51,702 nt of DNA from assembly GCA_045650885.1 (NCBI GenBank), contig JAZRRQ010000012.1:1-51702 (forward strand), given 5' to 3'. The notes below the pieces were generated by a model, which saw nothing but the letters and a program-made list of their open reading frames with translations, had not been told where the DNA came from and searched no databases. Numbering within the stretch: position 1 is the stretch's first letter; each line of letters starts with the position of its first letter. Made by a program: the position numbers and the translations under genes. The stretch is from Vescimonas sp. (GTDB taxonomy: Bacteria > Bacillota > Clostridia > Oscillospirales > Oscillospiraceae). Positions 1-9,291 of this stretch are shown piece after piece.

Positions 1-1
1 T

Positions 2-877
2 GCCTCGCGCGATGTGGATGGTTCCATCTCTTGGGTGCGCGAGCAGGTGGATGCCGGCGTTGAAGTTGCCGGTCTGGTGGAAAAAGCCAAGTCCGCTTTC
101 GTGGGTCCTGAGCTTTATCACAAGACGCTGGGCATCATCGGGCTGGGCGCCATCGGCGCGCTGGTGGCCAACATGGCCGTGGCACTGGGCATGGATGTCT
201 ACGGCTACGACCCCTATCTGTCGGTGGACACTGCACTGCGTCTGGATCGCCACGTCCATGTGGTGAAGGATATCCGTGATCTGTACCGCAAGGCCGACTA
301 TATCACCGTCCACGTCCACTTCACCGATCAGACCCGCCACATGATCAACGCCGAATCCATCGCCCAGATGAAGCGCGGCGTCCGCTTTATCAATCTGGCC
401 CGCGGTGAGATCGTGGATGACGATGCCATGATCGCCGCCCTCGACACCGGTTGGGTCGCCTCCTATGTCACCGACTTCCCCAACAACAAGATCGTCAAAG
501 CGCCCCACGTCATCGCCATGCCTCATCTGGGAGCCTCCACACCGGAGAGCGAGCAGAACTGCGCCGTGATGGCCGCCCGCGAGCTGCAGGATTATCTGGA
601 GCACGGCAACATCGTCCGCTCGGTAAATATGCCCGACGTGGTGCTCGAGCGCAGCGGCGTGCAGCGCATGTGCATCCTCCACAAGAACGTCCCCGCCATG
701 CTGGCCAGCATCACCACGCTTCTGGCCCGCGACGGTGCCAACGTAGAAAACCTGACCAACAAGTCCAAGGGTGACTACGCCTATACCATCGTGGATCTGG
801 GTGAGCGCGTGGATGAGAGCGTCATCAGCGACGTGACCAATCTTGCCAACGTGATCCGTGTCCGCGTCATCGACTAA
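2..877 (+). CDS. serA: D-3-phosphoglycerate dehydrogenase, 5'-truncated by the window edge
   Basis: GIIGLGAIG Rossmann motif, INLARGEIVD, PHLGASTPE, C-terminal ACT domain (LHKNVPAMLASIT). Confidence 0.9.
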   Translation, partial: ASRDVDGSISWVREQVDAGVEVAGLVEKAKSAFVGPELYHKTLGIIGLGAIGALVANMAVALGMDVYGYDPYLSVDTALRLDRHVHVVKDIRDLYRKADYITVHVHFTDQTRHMINAESIAQMKRGVRFINLARGEIVDDDAMIAALDTGWVASYVTDFPNNKIVKAPHVIAMPHLGASTPESEQNCAVMAARELQDYLEHGNIVRSVNMPDVVLERSGVQRMCILHKNVPAMLASITTLLARDGANVENLTNKSKGDYAYTIVDLGERVDESVISDVTNLANVIRVRVID

Positions 878-942
878 ACCGTATTTCGCGCTGCACAGTT
901 CCATCACCGCAGCAATTGAAAGAAGCATACCATAATCACTGC

Positions 943-978
943 CACTGCGGCGTCCTGATGGACGCCGCAGTTCTTTTT
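943..978 (+). terminator. Intrinsic terminator after serA
   Basis: ACTGCGGCGTCC-tgat-GGACGCCGCAGT stem followed by TCTTTTT. Confidence 0.85.
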
Positions 979-982
979 AGGC

Positions 983-1011
983 TTGAATTTGCCGCCATTT
1001 TGCAATATAAT
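983..1011 (+). promoter_or_regulatory. Sigma-A-type promoter of the polysaccharide locus
   Basis: TTGAAT (983-988), 17 nt, TATAAT (1006-1011). Confidence 0.6.
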
Positions 1012-1116
1012 ATATTAGATTAGAATGTGTATAATGCGATTATTATGGGAACTTGCCCGCACCGCACACATTTCTTCCTGTCAACATCTTATCCTGTAAG
1101 CTGGGAGCTGCTATAT

Positions 1117-1743
1117 ATGTATCAAAAATTTATCAAGCGACTTATTGATATTGCTCTGTCCGGCATCGGCATCGTGGTTCTCTCGCCGGTGCTGCTGGTG
1201 CTGGTCATCGCCATCAAGCTGGACTCGCCCGGTCCTGTTCTGTTCCGCCAGAAACGGGTGGGCATCCATAAGACCCACTTTTCCATTCTCAAGTTCCGCA
1301 CCATGCGCATCGACACGCCTAAGGACACCCCCACGCATCTGCTGGAAAATCCTCAGCAGTGGATCACCCGTGTGGGCGGTTTTCTGCGCAAAACCAGTTT
1401 GGACGAGCTGCCCCAGATCTTCAATATCTTTGCCGGTCACATGTCCATCATCGGCCCCCGTCCCGCCCTGTGGAACCAGTTTGACCTGATTGCCGAGCGT
1501 GATAAGTACGGCGCCAATGATGTGCTTCCCGGTCTGACCGGTTGGGCGCAGATCAACGGCCGCGACGAACTGCCCATCGATGTGAAAGCCCGTCTGGACG
1601 GCGAGTATGTGCAGCGCCTGAGCTTCGCTTTTGACGTCAAGTGCTTCTTCGGCACGATCGCCTCCGTGCTGCGGCACGATGGCGTGGTGGAAGGCGGCAC
1701 CGGCGAATTGGAAAAGAAGAAAGAAGGAGCCGATCAGGAATGA
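1117..1743 (+). CDS. Priming undecaprenyl-phosphate sugar-1-phosphate transferase (Bac_transf family)
   Basis: KRLIDI, KFRTM, FLRKTSLDELPQ, IGPRP and PGLTGWAQINGR motifs; start taken at ATG 1117 after GGGAG. Confidence 0.9.
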   Translation: MYQKFIKRLIDIALSGIGIVVLSPVLLVLVIAIKLDSPGPVLFRQKRVGIHKTHFSILKFRTMRIDTPKDTPTHLLENPQQWITRVGGFLRKTSLDELPQIFNIFAGHMSIIGPRPALWNQFDLIAERDKYGANDVLPGLTGWAQINGRDELPIDVKARLDGEYVQRLSFAFDVKCFFGTIASVLRHDGVVEGGTGELEKKKEGADQE

Positions 1744-2582
1744 AAAAAATCCTCATCTCCGGTTCCGGCAGTTATATCGGCATTTCGTTGGAGCGTTTCC
1801 TGTCCCAGTGGCCGGAAGCCTATCAGGTCGATACGCTGGACGTAATTGGTGACAAATGGAAAACTGCCGACATCACCGGCTATGATGCCGTGTTCCATGT
1901 GGCAGGCATTGCCCACCAAAAAGAAACGGCAGAAAACCGCCACCTTTACTTTGAAGTCAACCGGGATCTGGCCGCAGCTATGGCACAAAAGGCCAAAGAC
2001 GCCGGTATTCCTCAGTTTATCTTTATGAGTACCATGAGCATCTACGGCCTGGAGTCCGGCGTCATCACCCCCGCGACCCGTCCTCAGCCGAAAAACAGCT
2101 ATGGCCAGTCCAAGTGGGAAGCCGAAGAAGCCATGCGCGCCATGGAGGACGACAGCTTCCGTGTGGCCGTCCTGCGTCCGCCCATGGTCTACGGCAAGAA
2201 CTGCCGCGGCAATTTCCAGACCATGAAAAAGTTGGTGGAAAAAAGCCCCATTTTCCCCGCTGTACGCAATCAGCGCAGCATGATCAGCATCGATAACCTG
2301 TGCTCGTTTGTACGAATGGCGGTAGACAATCAGCTCAGCGGTACCTTCTTCCCCCAGAACCGGGAATACGTCAGCACCACCGCCATGGCCCGCATCATGG
2401 CCGACAGTCTGGGCCGCAACGTCTGGTTCAGCCGCGCCGCCGGTCTGGCGGTGCAGACCCTTGCTTCATTTTACCCCACCGCCCGCAAGGCCTTCTCTTC
2501 TCTGACCTACGAAAACTGCGAGCAGCACAATTACTGCTACTGCGTGGAGGAATTTGAGGTGTCCGTCCGCAAAAGCATCTGA
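1740..2582 (+). CDS. NAD-dependent epimerase/dehydratase (UDP-sugar 4-epimerase-like)
   Basis: ISGSGSYIG, HVAGIAH, YGQSK (YxxxK), LRPPMVYG; ATGA overlap with the upstream stop. Confidence 0.85.
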   Translation: MKKILISGSGSYIGISLERFLSQWPEAYQVDTLDVIGDKWKTADITGYDAVFHVAGIAHQKETAENRHLYFEVNRDLAAAMAQKAKDAGIPQFIFMSTMSIYGLESGVITPATRPQPKNSYGQSKWEAEEAMRAMEDDSFRVAVLRPPMVYGKNCRGNFQTMKKLVEKSPIFPAVRNQRSMISIDNLCSFVRMAVDNQLSGTFFPQNREYVSTTAMARIMADSLGRNVWFSRAAGLAVQTLASFYPTARKAFSSLTYENCEQHNYCYCVEEFEVSVRKSI

Positions 2583-2610
2583 TCGCGCTGCGGCGCAAAG
2601 GAGACACAGC

Positions 2611-3477
2611 ATGCAGACTTCTTTTGACATTTCTACCCGCCAGATCCAGGAAAAAATGCTGGATATTCTGGTGTATTTTGAAAAATTTTGCACAGAAAAC
2701 AACTTGAAATTCACTCTCTGCGGCGGCACCGCTCTGGGCGCCGTGCGTCACGGCGGCTTTATTCCCTGGGACGATGACGTGGATGTGTTCATGCTGCGCG
2801 AGGACTATGAAAAACTGCCGGAGCTGTGGGCAAAAAATGCCGACACCTCCCGCTACGCCTGTGTCCGCTCCAACGAGACCATCAACATCCACCACAGCGC
2901 CACGGAGATCAAGGACAACAACACCACCTTTATCAACCGCCACAGCGTGGACAGCGACATCCACCACGGACTCATGATCGATGTCATTCCCGTGGACGGT
3001 GTCCCCGCCTCGTCCCGGCAGCGCTTCTGGCAGATGGTGGACTCCATGATCTACTGCTGCTTCAACTTCCAGCGCCTGCCGGAGCATAAGGGCAAGATGA
3101 CCTATTACGCCACCAAGCTGGCGCTGGGCGTTTTCCGCTCCCCGAAGGTGCGCTACCGCATCTGGAAGGGTGCCGAGCGGCGCATTGCCCGCTACGGTAC
3201 GGAAAACTGCGATCTGGTGGCCTCTTTCGGTGAGGGCACATCCATTATGAAAATGCGTTTCCCCACAGCGTGGTTCCGCAATCCCACCACTATGGACTTT
3301 GAAGGCCACCCTATGCCGGTGCCTGCCAATGTGGATGAATATCTGCGCATCTCCTTCGGCGACTATATGCAGCTGCCCCCTGAGGAGGACCGGGTGGCCC
3401 GTCACAGCGCCGTGTTTATCGATCTGGACAACAGCTACACCAAGTATAAAGGTGTTCACTACTGCGTGAAAAAATAA
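2611..3477 (+). CDS. licD: LicD-family phosphotransferase (CDP-alcohol donor)
   Basis: GGTALGAVRHGGFIPWDDDVD signature, IDVIPVD, FGDYMQLPP; RBS AAGGAG. Confidence 0.9.
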   Translation: MQTSFDISTRQIQEKMLDILVYFEKFCTENNLKFTLCGGTALGAVRHGGFIPWDDDVDVFMLREDYEKLPELWAKNADTSRYACVRSNETINIHHSATEIKDNNTTFINRHSVDSDIHHGLMIDVIPVDGVPASSRQRFWQMVDSMIYCCFNFQRLPEHKGKMTYYATKLALGVFRSPKVRYRIWKGAERRIARYGTENCDLVASFGEGTSIMKMRFPTAWFRNPTTMDFEGHPMPVPANVDEYLRISFGDYMQLPPEEDRVARHSAVFIDLDNSYTKYKGVHYCVKK

Positions 3478-3504
3478 CATCCGTCAAAAAGGAGGCTGCT
3501 TACG

Positions 3505-4512
3505 ATGTCTGCATATCCTATTGATATTGTCGTTGCCTGGGTAGACGGCGATGATCCCGCGTGGCGCGCCGAACGGGCCAAATACCGCCCCGAAGTGAAC
3601 ACCGACAACAACGACGCCCGTTACCGCGAGTGGGGCGTATTTCAGTATTGGTTCCGCCGCATCGAGCAGTATGCCCCCTGGGTTCGCACCGTCCATCTGA
3701 TCACCTGGGGCCATCTGCCGCCCTGGCTGAACACGGACCATCCCAAGCTGCACATCGTTAATCACAAGGACTATATCCCGGAGGAATACCTGCCCACGTT
3801 CAGTTCCCACACCATCGAGCTGAACATGCACCGTATCCCCGGCCTTGCCGAGCACTTCCTCTATTTCAACGACGATATGTATCTCAACGCCCCCACCGTG
3901 CCGGAGGACTTCTTTGTGGACGGTCTGCCGGTGGACACGGCGGTGCTGCACAACGTGACCATCTCCGACTCTGTCAGCTTTATGCCCTATATCAATCTCA
4001 ACAACCTGGGTATTATCAACGAAAACTTCTCCAAGCGCCAGGTGTTAATGGGCGATAAGAAAAAGTGGTTCAACCCCAAATACGGCAAGCTGGCACTGCA
4101 CAACCTGTACCTGCTGCCGGGCAAAAATTTCAACGGTTTCCGCAATTTCCACGCCTGTGCCCCTTATCTCAAGAGCACGCTGGAGGAAGTCTGGGACAAG
4201 TACCCCACCATTCTGGACGCTACCTGCCGCAATCGGTTTCGCGCCCGGCTGGACGTGAACCAGTACCTGTTCCGCTATTGGCAGCTGGCCAAAGGACAGT
4301 TTGCCCCCGGCAAGCCCCGCTTTGCCTATCTTACGCTGGGTGAAGATGAGATGGAAACCATCGAAAGCACCCTCGGCAACAAGCGCTACATCGAGGTGTG
4401 CGTCAATGACGACCCCTCCGGCCTGAACTTCGAAGAGGCCCAGATGCGCCTGTGCGAGATCTTCCGCCGGCAGCATCCCCAACCCTGTACTTTCGAAAAG
4501 CAGACCGATTAA
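3505..4512 (+). CDS. Stealth-family hexose-1-phosphate transferase
   Basis: CR1 IDIVVAWVDGDDPAW, CR2 PTFSSHTIELNMHRIPGLAEHFLYFNDD, CR3 HACAPYLKS, CR4 CVND. Confidence 0.9.
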   Translation: MSAYPIDIVVAWVDGDDPAWRAERAKYRPEVNTDNNDARYREWGVFQYWFRRIEQYAPWVRTVHLITWGHLPPWLNTDHPKLHIVNHKDYIPEEYLPTFSSHTIELNMHRIPGLAEHFLYFNDDMYLNAPTVPEDFFVDGLPVDTAVLHNVTISDSVSFMPYINLNNLGIINENFSKRQVLMGDKKKWFNPKYGKLALHNLYLLPGKNFNGFRNFHACAPYLKSTLEEVWDKYPTILDATCRNRFRARLDVNQYLFRYWQLAKGQFAPGKPRFAYLTLGEDEMETIESTLGNKRYIEVCVNDDPSGLNFEEAQMRLCEIFRRQHPQPCTFEKQTD

Positions 4513-4540
4513 CTCCACCGCATAAAGGAGCATATACGCC

Positions 4541-6094
4541 ATGAAACTGGCCCGAACCAAAAATGCGTTCCGCAATACTGCCTGGGGCGCCATATACCGC
4601 TTCGTGGCGTTGATCGGCCCCTTTGCTATCAAGACCATCATCATCAAACGCCTCGGTCTGGAGTACAGCGGTCTGAACACCATCTTCAACTCCATTTTGA
4701 CGGTGCTGAATCTGGCCAATCTGGGCTTCAGCAGCTCATTGGTCTATACCATGTACGATGCCGTGGCCCGGGAAGACCATCCGGCCATCTGCGCCATGCT
4801 GAACTTCTTCCGCAAGGTGTACCGCATCATCGGCCTGGTGATTTTGGGCATGGGTCTTTGCGTGATTCCCTTCCTGCCTCAGCTGGTGGGCGAAGGCGTC
4901 CCCCCCGGTGCCAACCTGTATGTGATGTGGCTGCTGTACCTGTCCGCCACGGTGATGGACTACGTGCTCTTCGGCTATGTCAACGCCATCTTCTCGGCCT
5001 ATCAGCGGGAAGATACCCGCCTGAAGATCATGGTGGTGCGCTATATCGTGCAGTACGCTCTGCAGATCGTGATCCTGGCCGTCTTTGCCGACTATTACCT
5101 CTACCTCATTACGCTGCCGCTGATGGTAATCCCCAACAGTCTGGCCAACTACTATGCCGCAAAAAAGCAGTTCCCCCTGATCCACTGCACCGGCATGCCC
5201 AGCAACGAAACGAAAAAAGCCATTTACCACCGGGTCAAAACCTTGTTTGCCCATAAGGTAGGTTACACCATCGTAGTCAATGTGGACAGTATTCTGATCT
5301 CTTCGGCTTTGGGCCTGTCCATCCAGTCTCTTTACAGCAACTACTATTATATTCTCAATGCTGTGGCCGCTCTGGTGGAGATCATCACCACCGGTTGCCT
5401 TGCCGGCATCGGCAACAAGCTGATCACAGACACCGAAGAGGACAACCACCGCACCTTCCTCAACCTGACCTATGGCTGGGTGGCGCTGATCGGCTTCTGC
5501 TCAACCTGTATGCTGTGCCTGTATCAGCCTTTCATCGGCGGCGTATGGGTTGGTGAACACGGTCTTTTGGACAGTTGCGTGGTGGTCCTGCTGGCACTGC
5601 TGTTCTATTTCTGGATGTTCCGCGTCATGCAGTCCACTTACCGCGATGCTGCCGGATTGTGGACGCTGGATTGGCCCAAGCCGCTGATCGGCATGGTCGT
5701 CAAACTGGCGCTGAGCATTCCCCTCATCCGCATAACCGGTCACGTCGGCGGCGCGCTGCTGCCCACCATTCTCATTCAGCTGCTGCTCTATTTCCCCTGG
5801 GAAGTGTATCTTCTGTATCACCACATTTTCCACCGCAGCTGTTGGGCATACGTGGCACGGATGTTCAAGTACACCCTGCTGACCATCATCAGCGGCGCAC
5901 TCAGCTATGGCTGCAGTCTTTGGCTCTTCCCTGCCAACTCCCTGCTGACATTCCTGGGCCGTCTGTGCATCGTCTGCGTTATCTTCCCCGCCGTCTGGAT
6001 CGGCACTACCTTCCGCACCGAGGAGTTTCGGGCTATGCTGCAGCTGGGCCGCCGCATCCTCGGTAAATTCCTGCCCCGCGGCAAGACCGCCTGA
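4541..6094 (+). CDS. Polysaccharide/teichoic-acid flippase (Wzx/MOP superfamily)
   Basis: 517 aa with many hydrophobic segments; RTKNAFRN...LNLANLGF N-terminus typical of Wzx-like exporters; locus context. Confidence 0.8.
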   Translation: MKLARTKNAFRNTAWGAIYRFVALIGPFAIKTIIIKRLGLEYSGLNTIFNSILTVLNLANLGFSSSLVYTMYDAVAREDHPAICAMLNFFRKVYRIIGLVILGMGLCVIPFLPQLVGEGVPPGANLYVMWLLYLSATVMDYVLFGYVNAIFSAYQREDTRLKIMVVRYIVQYALQIVILAVFADYYLYLITLPLMVIPNSLANYYAAKKQFPLIHCTGMPSNETKKAIYHRVKTLFAHKVGYTIVVNVDSILISSALGLSIQSLYSNYYYILNAVAALVEIITTGCLAGIGNKLITDTEEDNHRTFLNLTYGWVALIGFCSTCMLCLYQPFIGGVWVGEHGLLDSCVVVLLALLFYFWMFRVMQSTYRDAAGLWTLDWPKPLIGMVVKLALSIPLIRITGHVGGALLPTILIQLLLYFPWEVYLLYHHIFHRSCWAYVARMFKYTLLTIISGALSYGCSLWLFPANSLLTFLGRLCIVCVIFPAVWIGTTFRTEEFRAMLQLGRRILGKFLPRGKTA

Positions 6095-6126
6095 GAACTG
6101 AACCTATCTGAAAAGGAGGCATTTTC

Positions 6127-7092
6127 ATGCTTCGCAAACTGAAAAAACTGATCTCCACCCGCAGCGTTATGCTCAACACCCCGCCCATGGGCGAAATCCG
6201 CCACGTGACGGACGAAGAGGTGAAAGAGCTGCAGGTCGTCATGCTGCAGATCATCAAAGACGTAGCAGAAGTGTGCGAAAAGCACGGTATCTGCTACATG
6301 GCCGACGGCGGCACCGCGCTGGGCAGCGTGCGCCACAAGGGTTTCATCCCCTGGGATGATGACGTGGATCTCATCATGCCCCGCGATGATCTCAATCGCT
6401 TTGTGGAGATATTTGACGCCGAACTGGGCCACAAGTACGAGCTGGTAACCCCCAACTCCAAGGGCCACAAGGTTGCGTCCCTTATCACGGAGATTTACGA
6501 CAAAAACACCTACAAGTCCAGCCTGCACAACATGGATATGGATCTGCCCCAGGGCGTGATGATCGACATCTTCCCCCTGGAGTATGCACCGCTCAATCCC
6601 ATCGTGCGTAAGATCAAGGGCACCGTGGCTATGTTTTTGCAGTACATCGCCGTGTCCGCCACCTTCTATAAACTCTACAACACCCCCACCAAGAAGGCCT
6701 TTTTCTACCAGACCAAAGAAGGCAAGTTCAACTATAACTTCCGCCGCCTGATCGGCTTCTTCTTCTCCTGGCGCAGCTACGAGGCGTGGTGCAATACCTT
6801 TGATAAGTTCGTCCGCTGCAAGAAGGATACGGGTCTTTGGTGCATCCCCACCGATGTGGGTCACTATTTTGGCCACCTGATGCCCAAGGAAGTCTTCTAT
6901 CCCCCCATCCGGGGTCAGTTTGAGGATATGGAGATCAATCTGCCCAACGATATCCACGCATACCTCGTCAACGCTTACGGCGACTATATGTGGATTCCCC
7001 CTGTGGAACAGCGGGAAAAGCATTGGACTGTTGGCTTCTGCATGGACAAGTCCTTTGACGAACTGAAAAAAGAAGCCGAAACCAACACATAA
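6127..7092 (+). CDS. licD: LicD-family phosphotransferase, second copy
   Basis: GGTALGSVRHKGFIPWDDDVD, IDIFPLE, YGDYMWIPP. Confidence 0.9.
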   Translation: MLRKLKKLISTRSVMLNTPPMGEIRHVTDEEVKELQVVMLQIIKDVAEVCEKHGICYMADGGTALGSVRHKGFIPWDDDVDLIMPRDDLNRFVEIFDAELGHKYELVTPNSKGHKVASLITEIYDKNTYKSSLHNMDMDLPQGVMIDIFPLEYAPLNPIVRKIKGTVAMFLQYIAVSATFYKLYNTPTKKAFFYQTKEGKFNYNFRRLIGFFFSWRSYEAWCNTFDKFVRCKKDTGLWCIPTDVGHYFGHLMPKEVFYPPIRGQFEDMEINLPNDIHAYLVNAYGDYMWIPPVEQREKHWTVGFCMDKSFDELKKEAETNT

Positions 7093-7127
7093 AAAAACGC
7101 TGCCCGGCCGGGCAGCTGGAGGATCGC

Positions 7128-8021
7128 ATGAGAAAAGAACAATTTGATATTCTGGTGGCATTGGAAAAAGACCGCCAGCCGCTGGACAGCACCGCCCTGT
7201 CCGGCATCACCGGCATGGACACCACGGCTGTCGCCGCTGTACTGGCAGAACTGACCGAGCAGGGTCTCGTGGCTGACAGCACCATCACGGCGCAGGGCGT
7301 GGATGCGCTGGATCACTACAAGACCAAGCGTGCGGTGTTTATCGCCGCCGGCTTTGGTTCCCGGCTGCGCCCCGTTACTTACAAAACCCCCAAGCCGCTG
7401 GTGGAAGTCAACGGCGTGCGCATCATCGACACGCTGATCGACGGTGTCATGTCCGCCGGTGTGGAAGAGATTTACGTGGTGTGCGGCTATCTGGGCGAGC
7501 AGTTTGAGGTGCTACGGGAAAAGTATCCCAACATCCATCTGGTCACCAACCCCATGTACACCACCTGCAACAACATCTCCTCTGTTCTGCTGACCCGTGA
7601 GCACCTGCGCAACGCCTACGTGCTGGAAGCAGACCTGCTGATCCACAACCCCGCCATCTTTGACAAGTATCTCTACCACTCCTCCTATCTGGGCATCCCC
7701 ACAGACGAAACTGATGACTGGTACTTCAAAACGAATGATAACGGCGTGATCTACGAGCTGGGCATCGGCAGCAAGGACTGCTATCGCATGCTGGGCATCT
7801 CCTATTGGAGCGCCGAAGACGGTGAGACGCTGGAAGACCACGTGAAGGCCACCTTCGATATGCCCGGCGGCAAGGACGAGGACTGGTGCTATGTTCCTCT
7901 GGTGGCGTTCAAAGACGCCTATCAGGTCCACGTGCGCGAGTGTGCCAACCGGGACATTGAGGAGATCGACACCTTTGAAGAGCTCTGTGCTGTGGATCCC
8001 AGCTACAGCTCTTTCCACTAA
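7128..8021 (+). CDS. LicC/PntC-like cytidylyltransferase with a degenerate N-terminal winged HTH
   Basis: AAGFGSRLRPVTYKTPKPL nucleotidyltransferase motif, NNISS, EADL, EIDT; ~65-aa N-terminal extension. Confidence 0.85.
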   Translation: MRKEQFDILVALEKDRQPLDSTALSGITGMDTTAVAAVLAELTEQGLVADSTITAQGVDALDHYKTKRAVFIAAGFGSRLRPVTYKTPKPLVEVNGVRIIDTLIDGVMSAGVEEIYVVCGYLGEQFEVLREKYPNIHLVTNPMYTTCNNISSVLLTREHLRNAYVLEADLLIHNPAIFDKYLYHSSYLGIPTDETDDWYFKTNDNGVIYELGIGSKDCYRMLGISYWSAEDGETLEDHVKATFDMPGGKDEDWCYVPLVAFKDAYQVHVRECANRDIEEIDTFEELCAVDPSYSSFH

Positions 8022-8049
8022 AACACAGTTTACTCATCAAATTGGAACA

Positions 8050-8094
8050 CACAGGCTTTCGGATGCATTTGTTCCGAAAGCCTGTTCTTTTTTC
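8050..8094 (+). terminator. Intrinsic terminator
   Basis: ACAGGCTTTCGGA...TCCGAAAGCCTGT stem followed by a T-rich tract. Confidence 0.8.
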
Positions 8095-8236
8095 TTCTTT
8101 TATCAAAACGGAACATCCGCAGGCCGCGACCCATCCCCCACGCAAAAATCCTTTTTAACACCATATTGCACCTTTTTTGCCAATTATTTTCAAAAATAAT
8201 TTCCGTTTATTGCCTCGATCAGACGGAACAAAAAAG

Positions 8237-8265
8237 TTGACATGTTTCAAAATACATGATAATAT
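8237..8265 (+). promoter_or_regulatory. Sigma-A promoter of the wHTH-LicC/ABC operon with a palindromic spacer (candidate operator)
   Basis: TTGACA, 17 nt, TAATAT with extended TG; CATGT-N8-ACATG at 8241-8258. Confidence 0.6.
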
Positions 8266-8362
8266 ACCAAATATGAACACAGAAGGCCGGTCACCGGCCG
8301 TTTTTCATGTTCAAAAGACTGCGCAAAAACAAAGAAAACGGAACACCCGGAGAGATGTCACC

Positions 8363-9268
8363 ATGGCTGATAAAAAACTCAACCGCAAACAATTTGATAT
8401 TTTGTCCTGCATGGAACGCAGCAGCCGACACCAGACCCACATGACACAGCGGGAACTGGCCGACGCAGCCGGCATGTCTCTTGGTTCTGTGAACCGAACG
8501 CTCGCCTCGCTGATGGAGGCAGGGCTGGTGGACGAGCACGGCCTCACCGCCGCAGGCTGTGAAGCGCTGGAGCCGTATCGCGTGAAGCGGGCCGTCTTTC
8601 TGGCTGCCGGATTCGGCCACCGCTTGATGCCCATTACCCTCAACACGCCCCAGCCGCTGGTCCGGGTCAAGGGAACACGGATGATCGATACGCTCATCGA
8701 CGCGGTGGTAAAAGCCGGCATCGAGGAGATCTACATTGTGCGCGGTTATCTGGGCGAGCAGTTCGACCAGCTTTTGTACAAATACCCCGGCATCCACTTC
8801 ATCGAAAACCCCATTTACAACGAGTCCAAGAACATCTCGTCGGCCATGTGTGCCCGGCATCTGCTTGCCGGTGCCTATGTGTTGGAGGCCGATCTGGTGC
8901 TCTATAACCCGGATTTGATCCAGAAGTATCAGTATACTTCCAATTTCCTGGGCGTGCCGGTGAAGAGTACCGACGACTGGTGCTTTGAGACCAAGAATCA
9001 CGTGGTCACCAAGCTGAAAGTCGGCGGTGTCGACTGTCACCACGTGTTCGGTATCTCTTACTGGACGGAAGAGGACGGCACCAAACTGTACGAGGACATC
9101 AAAACCGTATACGAAATGCCCGGCGGCAAAGAGCGCTACTGGGATCAGGTGGCGCTGGAATACTGCCACCAAAACTACCGCGTGGAGGTACGCGAATGCC
9201 GCTTTGAAGACATCGTGGAGGTGGATACCTTCTCCGATCTGAAAAAGCTGGACCACAGCTACTGCTAA
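8363..9268 (+). CDS. MarR-like wHTH fused to a LicC-like nucleotidyltransferase domain
   Basis: MTQRELADAAGMSLGSVNRTLASL HTH; AAGFGHRLMPITLNTPQPL, EADL, EVDT; paralogue of 7128-8021. Confidence 0.85.
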   Translation: MADKKLNRKQFDILSCMERSSRHQTHMTQRELADAAGMSLGSVNRTLASLMEAGLVDEHGLTAAGCEALEPYRVKRAVFLAAGFGHRLMPITLNTPQPLVRVKGTRMIDTLIDAVVKAGIEEIYIVRGYLGEQFDQLLYKYPGIHFIENPIYNESKNISSAMCARHLLAGAYVLEADLVLYNPDLIQKYQYTSNFLGVPVKSTDDWCFETKNHVVTKLKVGGVDCHHVFGISYWTEEDGTKLYEDIKTVYEMPGGKERYWDQVALEYCHQNYRVEVRECRFEDIVEVDTFSDLKKLDHSYC

Positions 9269-9291
9269 GGTAGACAAGAGGAGGAACTATT

